Position numbers and translations under genes: made by a program
DNA from: Guillardia theta CCMP2712
Lineage: Eukaryota; Protista; Cryptophyta
Length of the DNA stretch: 64,000 nucleotides
Assembly: GCF_000315625.1 (NCBI RefSeq)
Contig: NW_005434528.1
Coordinates: 40,843 to 104,842, forward strand
Direction of reading: 5' to 3'
Shown: piece after piece, positions 58,715 to 64,000 of the stretch
Position numbering within the stretch: the first letter of the stretch is position 1
How the letters are laid out: each line of letters begins with the position of its first letter
Notes under the pieces: model-generated
What the model was told of the DNA's origin: nothing
What the model saw: only the letters and a program-made list of their open reading frames with translations
Database searches by the model: none

Positions 58715-61700
58715 GTTTCGCACCATCATACCCATGTCGTAGAGATGTGCGTTGGAACTAACGATCTGTTGCAAGATCATTCACAAGTACTTCATCCTTG
58801 TCGGCCTAGAGCTACTGCAGCACCATTGGGCGTCTTTTGCTATCTGCTCAGACCGAGTCAGGTGAGTTGCCGCGCCTGACTCAGTAACCCCTAAGCCCTC
58901 ATCGGTCGGATTGAGATGGGCAGCTTGGTATCCTCCCACGAGCTAATGCTCAGCCGCTTCAATAACTCGAAAGAAGAAGCCAATGTCTGAGCCGAGAGGC
59001 AAATATTGCACAGTGTATGACAACGAGTCATGGATAGGACAGGTCAAGTACCAAATGCTCGCAAGTGGAGCCCATTCATTCAGCCAGTACTCTCCTGCTC
59101 GTTGAAGCAGCAGCCTGCAATCCAGTCTTGCACTTGCATGCAACATGTCCGAGCAAGTCGATGCGCCTCCTCACGCAAGCGCACTGAAGTCGTACGGCAG
59201 GGAACGTGCAGCTGACTCTTGACAGAGGAAGGGAAGGATGGTAGAGGCAGCAAGACCTTCAAGACATAAGTGTGCTTGAGAAAGCAGGAGGATGAGGGAT
59301 TGCTAGGATTGGGCGAAGCTTGTTGGCTTTGGCGACGGAGTGCTAATTAGCACAATCGGTGCCAATTCATGGAAAAAACAAGAAGTAGGTTGTCACAGAT
59401 CGCCACTTTCATCATGAAGAATTTCTCCTAGAGCTAGGAATGTTCATTGTGAGCCTTGTTTCGATGTGATCCACAGGGTAGGGATAAGACGAGGTGGGCT
59501 AACATTGATTCAACTGCGATGTACAGGATCTGAAACTCACTTGTTCTGAAGCGATAGGTGTGAGACAGCCTGTCAAAAGTTTGAAGTCAGCAGAGGAATC
59601 CTGATGGCCATGGGGTATGGGCCATAGGCAAAATGGTGCTTCGATGGGAGGCAGAAATCAGGACATCTTCAAAGTAGAGTACCTTAATCATCGTGGCCCT
59701 TTGACATCTTGATCCTATCCTAGCATCACTGATCTTGCATTTGATAACAGGATGATTGATTGTCGTAGATCATAGGCATCGTCGATGATTCGAGCTTTCT
59801 CTGACCCTAGCATCGTTGATCCCAGGACAAAGCATTGTTGATCGTAGCATTTGGTCACCTTAATCTCAGCATCTTTGATCCATGCAGCAGTCATAGGTTT
59901 CATCCTCCTCTGACAGCCTCTGCCCACCGAAGATGCTGCAGGCATCTTGCCATTCTTGCTGCACGTAATGCGCTCTCATGCTGACAGTCCTTGGGCAAAC
60001 CCCAGTGCGAGCTGAGTTGCACCTCAGGGTGAATCGAGCCGCATAAAGGTTTGAATGCGTTATAAAGGGGTGGGGGTGGGGGTGCCTCTGTAACCAGGTG
60101 GACAGGGTGAGCCGTGACGTGGTGACATGGGTGGATCGGACAGGTGGAGGAGGTGAGAGGGGGTGGAGAGATGAAGGTAGATTATTGAAGATGAGTGGGG
60201 TGGTGCGCCATCTCCTGTCACGGACCTCTTGTAAGGTTTCAAGGTTATCCGAAGCTAGCTACCCGTGGCCTGCCCCCAACTTACCCGGGTGAACAGAAGG
60301 GTGTGGTCGTCTCGATCAGGGGGTGGAGGTGGACGTTTGAGGGGTCCATGGGATGTTAAACGATCCTCGTGGTGAAAAATGACAGGTGGAGGTTGGGGGG
60401 GTTCGAGGTCCGAATTTACGGGGTAGGGACCGTCCGAAACAGCACTGGAAGAGGGGTCCATAGGGTCGGGGGTGGTGTGGCTTTTCAAGAATGTTCTTCT
60501 GACCCTTCAGTACCCCTGCGGTCTCTGGAGTTCCTACAGGTGGGCTGGTACCCCCCCACCCTCCCTTGGAAAATACCTGGCAATCACCTCGATTACCGTC
60601 ACATGAGGTAGGGTACCCTACCCTAAATGCCGATTTCATGTTCAAAGTTCGATGGCTCTGTCTTGATTTTTGAAATTATTGCGATAAATTTCAGAGTTGC
60701 TACCACGAGAGAACCTTTCGACCCCCGCTGGATAGGTCCGCTGTGCTCAGGATCAGCGCATGGGGATGGTGGGGGCTACGAGCATGCAGACGAGGGTTGC
60801 GGCGGTGTGGGGGAGGAAGACACTTGTATGGCATCTTCTTGTGATGTGCTCACTTGTACCTCTCACCTGCTCTGAGAGTGCTCCCTCGGAATCTTCTTTC
60901 ATTTCAAGTACTCCAGCAATCTCCTCGTCCTCCTCCTCTACTCCAGCCTTCTCCTCCTCCTCCTCCTCTACTCCAATCATCTCCTCGTCCTCCTCTACTC
61001 CAGCCTTCTCCTCCTCCTCTACTCCGGTCGTCTCCTCCTCCTCCTCTACTCCGGTCGTCTCCTCCTCCTCCTCCTCTACTCCGGTCGTCTCATCGTCTAC
61101 GACGTCGACTACTCCAGCCATCTCTTCGACTCCAGAAAGTACTCCGGTCGTCTCCTCCTCCTCGTCTACTCCGGTCGTCTCCTCCTCCTCGTCTACTCCG
61201 GTCGTCTCATCGTCTTCGTCTACTCCGGTCGTCTCATCGTCTACTACGTCGACTACTCCGGTCGTCTCATCGTCTACGACGTCGACTTCTCCGGTCGTCT
61301 CATCGTCTACTACGTCGACTACTCCAGCCATCTCTTCGACTCCAGAAAGTACTCCGGTGATCTCCTCCTCCTCCTCTACTCCGGTCGTCTCCTCCTCCTC
61401 CTCCTCTACTCCGGTCGTCTCATCGTCTACTACCTCGACTACTCCAGCCATCTCTTCGACTCCAGAAAGTACTCCGGTGATCTCCTCCTCCTCGTCGTCT
61501 ACTCCGGTCGTCTCCTCCTCCTCCTCGTCTACTCCGGTCGTCTCATCGTCTGCGACGTCGACTACTCCGGTCGTCTCATCGTCTACTACGTCGACTACTC
61601 CAGCCATCTCTTCGACTCCAGAAAGTACTCCGGTTGTCTCCTCCTCCTCGTCTACTCCGGTCGTCTCCTCCTCCTCCTCGTCTACTCCGGTCGTCTCATC

Positions 61701-64000
61701 GTCTACTACCTCGACTACTCCGGTCGTCTCATCGTCTGCGACGTCGAGTACTCCGGTCGTCTCATCGTCTACGACGTCGACTACTCCAGCCATCTCTTCG
61801 ACTCCAGAAAGTACTCCGGTGATCTCCTCCTCCTCGTCTACTCCGGTCGTCTCCTCCTCCTCCTCGTCTACTCCGGTCGTCTCATCGTCTACGACGTCGA
61901 CTACTCCGGTCGTCTCATCGTCTACGACGTCGACTACTCCGGTCGTCTCATCGTCTACGACGTCGACTACTCCAGCCATCTCTTCGACTCCAGAAAGTAC
62001 TCCGGTTGTCTCCTCCTCCTCCTCTACTCCGGTCGTCTCCTCCTCCTCCTCGTCTACTCCGGTCATCTCATCGTCTACGACGTCGACTACTCCAGCCATC
62101 TCTTCGACTCCAGAAAGTACTCCGGTCGTCTCCTCCTCGTCGTCTACTCCGGTCGTCTCCTCCTCCTCCTCGTCTACTCCGGTCGTCTCATCGTCTACGA
62201 CGTCGACTACTCCAGCCATCTCTTCGACTCCAGAAAGTACTCCGGTGATCTCCTCCTCCTCCTCCTCTACTCTAGCAATCTCCTCCTCCTCGTCTACTCC
62301 GGTCGTCTCCTCCTGGACTACTCCGAGCGTCTCATCGACTCCAGAAAGTACTCCGGTTGTCTCCTCCTCTTCCTCTACTCCGGTCGTCTCCTCCTCCTCG
62401 TCTACTCCGGTCGTCTCCTCCTCCTCCTCGTCTACTCCGGTCATCTCCTCCTGGACTACTCCGGTCATCTCATCGTCTACTACCTCTACTCCGGTCGTCT
62501 CATCATCTGCGACGTCGACTGCTCCGGTCGTCTCATCGTCTACTACGTCGACTACTCCGGTCGTCTCATCGTCTACTACGTCGACGACTCCGGTCGTCTC
62601 ATCGTCTACGACGTCGACTGCTCCGGTCGTCTCATCGTCTACTACGTCGACTACTCCGGTCGTCTCATCGTCTACGACGTCGACTACTCCGGTCGTCTCA
62701 TCGTCTACTACGTCGACTACTCCGGTCGTCTCATCGTCTACTACGTCGACTACTCCGGTCGTCTCATCGTCTACTACGTCGACTTCTCCGGTCGTCTCAT
62801 CGTCTACGACGTCGACTGCTCCGGTCGTCTCATCGTCTACGACGTCGACTACTCCGGTCGTCTCATCGTCTACTACGTCGACTACTCCGGTCGTCTCATC
62901 GTCTACTACGTCGACTGCTCCGGTCGTCTCATCGTCTACTACGTCGACTACTCCGGTCGTCTCATCGTCTACTACGTCAACTACTCCGGTCATCTCATCG
63001 TCTACGACGTCAACTACGTCGACTACTCCGGTCGTCTCATCGTCTACTACGTCAACTACTCTGGTCGTCTCATCGTCTACGACGTCGACTTCTCCGGTCG
63101 TCTCATCGTCTACTACCTCGACTACTCCGGTCGTCTCATCGTCTGCTACGTCGAGTACTCCGGTCGTCTCATCGTCTACTACCTCGACTGCTCCGGTCGT
63201 CTCATCGTCTACGACGTCGACTGCTCCAGTCGTCTCATCGTCTACTACGTCGACTACTCCGGTCGTCTCATCGTCTACTACGTCGACTACTCCGGTCGTC
63301 TCATCGTCTGCTACGTCGACTACTCCGGTCGTCTCATCGTCTACTACGTCGACTACTCCAGTCGTTTCATCGTCTACGACGTCGACTACTCCGGTCGTCT
63401 CATCGTCTACGACGTCAACTGCTCCAGTCGTCTCATCGTCTACGACGTCGACTACTCCGGTCGTCTCATCGTCTACGACGTCGACTACTCCGGTCGTCTC
63501 ATCGTCTACGACGTCGACTACTCCGGTCGTCTCATCGTCTACCTTCAGGACACCATCCTTGAGTTCTCCCGTGCCGACTTTTCAGTTGTGTGGCAACGGA
63601 GTTCTTGACCCTGGTGAGACTTGTGATGATGGAAACACAATCTCTGGCGATGGTTGCAGCTCGCTGTGTCGAGTTGAGCCATACTGGACCTGCAGCAATC
63701 CGGTGGAGACCACGGAGGAGATCTTCTCGTCGCCTGTGACCAGCACACCTGTGCAAACAACGCCTGTACTGCAGATGACCGAGCATCTGTCTCTGTGTAC
63801 ATGGCTTGCTACTCCCCAGTGGACCGGACTCTCCGTGCTGAGCGGATCACAGTACGCAACGATGCTGAACCAGCTGACCATCTTGTTGACTTCCAACTTT
63901 CCTCTCAAGGTTGGAAGCAATTTCTCCATCATTGGTCTCAATGTCACTATCGACGGCAACCCCGACAATGTCTCAGTCTCAGGCAATGACATATTGTCTT
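58715..64000 (+). repeat. Segmental duplication, copy 2
   Basis: Blocks listed under copy 1. Confidence 0.93.
60760..64000 (+). CDS. Membrane mucin-like surface protein, copy 2 (open frame runs off the window)
   Basis: ATG at 60760 is in the same frame as the CGNGVLDPGETC repeat at ~63589; signal peptide as in copy 1; ~2.6 kb of S/T/P repeats. Missing from the ORF track because there is no stop in the window. Confidence 0.9.
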   Translation, partial: MGMVGATSMQTRVAAVWGRKTLVWHLLVMCSLVPLTCSESAPSESSFISSTPAISSSSSSTPAFSSSSSSTPIISSSSSTPAFSSSSTPVVSSSSSTPVVSSSSSSTPVVSSSTTSTTPAISSTPESTPVVSSSSSTPVVSSSSSTPVVSSSSSTPVVSSSTTSTTPVVSSSTTSTSPVVSSSTTSTTPAISSTPESTPVISSSSSTPVVSSSSSSTPVVSSSTTSTTPAISSTPESTPVISSSSSSTPVVSSSSSSTPVVSSSATSTTPVVSSSTTSTTPAISSTPESTPVVSSSSSTPVVSSSSSSTPVVSSSTTSTTPVVSSSATSSTPVVSSSTTSTTPAISSTPESTPVISSSSSTPVVSSSSSSTPVVSSSTTSTTPVVSSSTTSTTPVVSSSTTSTTPAISSTPESTPVVSSSSSTPVVSSSSSSTPVISSSTTSTTPAISSTPESTPVVSSSSSTPVVSSSSSSTPVVSSSTTSTTPAISSTPESTPVISSSSSSTLAISSSSSTPVVSSWTTPSVSSTPESTPVVSSSSSTPVVSSSSSTPVVSSSSSSTPVISSWTTPVISSSTTSTPVVSSSATSTAPVVSSSTTSTTPVVSSSTTSTTPVVSSSTTSTAPVVSSSTTSTTPVVSSSTTSTTPVVSSSTTSTTPVVSSSTTSTTPVVSSSTTSTSPVVSSSTTSTAPVVSSSTTSTTPVVSSSTTSTTPVVSSSTTSTAPVVSSSTTSTTPVVSSSTTSTTPVISSSTTSTTSTTPVVSSSTTSTTLVVSSSTTSTSPVVSSSTTSTTPVVSSSATSSTPVVSSSTTSTAPVVSSSTTSTAPVVSSSTTSTTPVVSSSTTSTTPVVSSSATSTTPVVSSSTTSTTPVVSSSTTSTTPVVSSSTTSTAPVVSSSTTSTTPVVSSSTTSTTPVVSSSTTSTTPVVSSSTFRTPSLSSPVPTFQLCGNGVLDPGETCDDGNTISGDGCSSLCRVEPYWTCSNPVETTEEIFSSPVTSTPVQTTPVLQMTEHLSLCTWLATPQWTGLSVLSGSQYATMLNQLTILLTSNFPLKVGSNFSIIGLNVTIDGNPDNVSVSGNDILS

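Noticed and set aside
60753-63562. 746-aa acidic antisense ORF and Arg/Leu-rich alternative-frame ORFs (also 35198-36286)
   Set aside because: By-products of stop-free mucin repeats; only the Ser/Thr frame connects the signal peptide to the Cys-rich domains.

Overview
Eukaryotic nuclear DNA from an intron-rich protist or alga. Short ~45-55 nt GT-AG introns and the gene content suggest a cryptophyte such as Guillardia; this is an inference. Left half: a Greatwall/Rim15/IRE-type AGC kinase; a cluster of three type-II membrane glycan-modifying genes (GT-A-like transferase, sulfotransferase, GT2) interleaved with 37-bp minisatellites and a dispersed retroposon-like repeat; an OTUD6-like deubiquitinase; and a CCAR1/DBC1-family gene. 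Right half is accessory: decayed gypsy, copia and MULE-Ulp1 remnants; a segmental duplication carrying two paralogous membrane-tethered mucin-like genes; and a CENP-B/pogo DNA-binding domain fused to PB1. It also holds a full-length Ty1/copia element (42801-51746, TSD GTCCC) lying tail-to-tail with its non-autonomous derivative (52086-55254, TSD GAGAG). Best leads: (1) this copia family has a hairpin instead of a tRNA primer-binding site, frame breaks that host-sized introns could repair, and a shared target-site motif; (2) the CENP-B-HTH+PB1 protein; (3) the mucin with a ZU5-like HFS autoproteolysis motif and a possible link to the glycosylation cluster. All calls are from by-eye motif reading; no searches were run.
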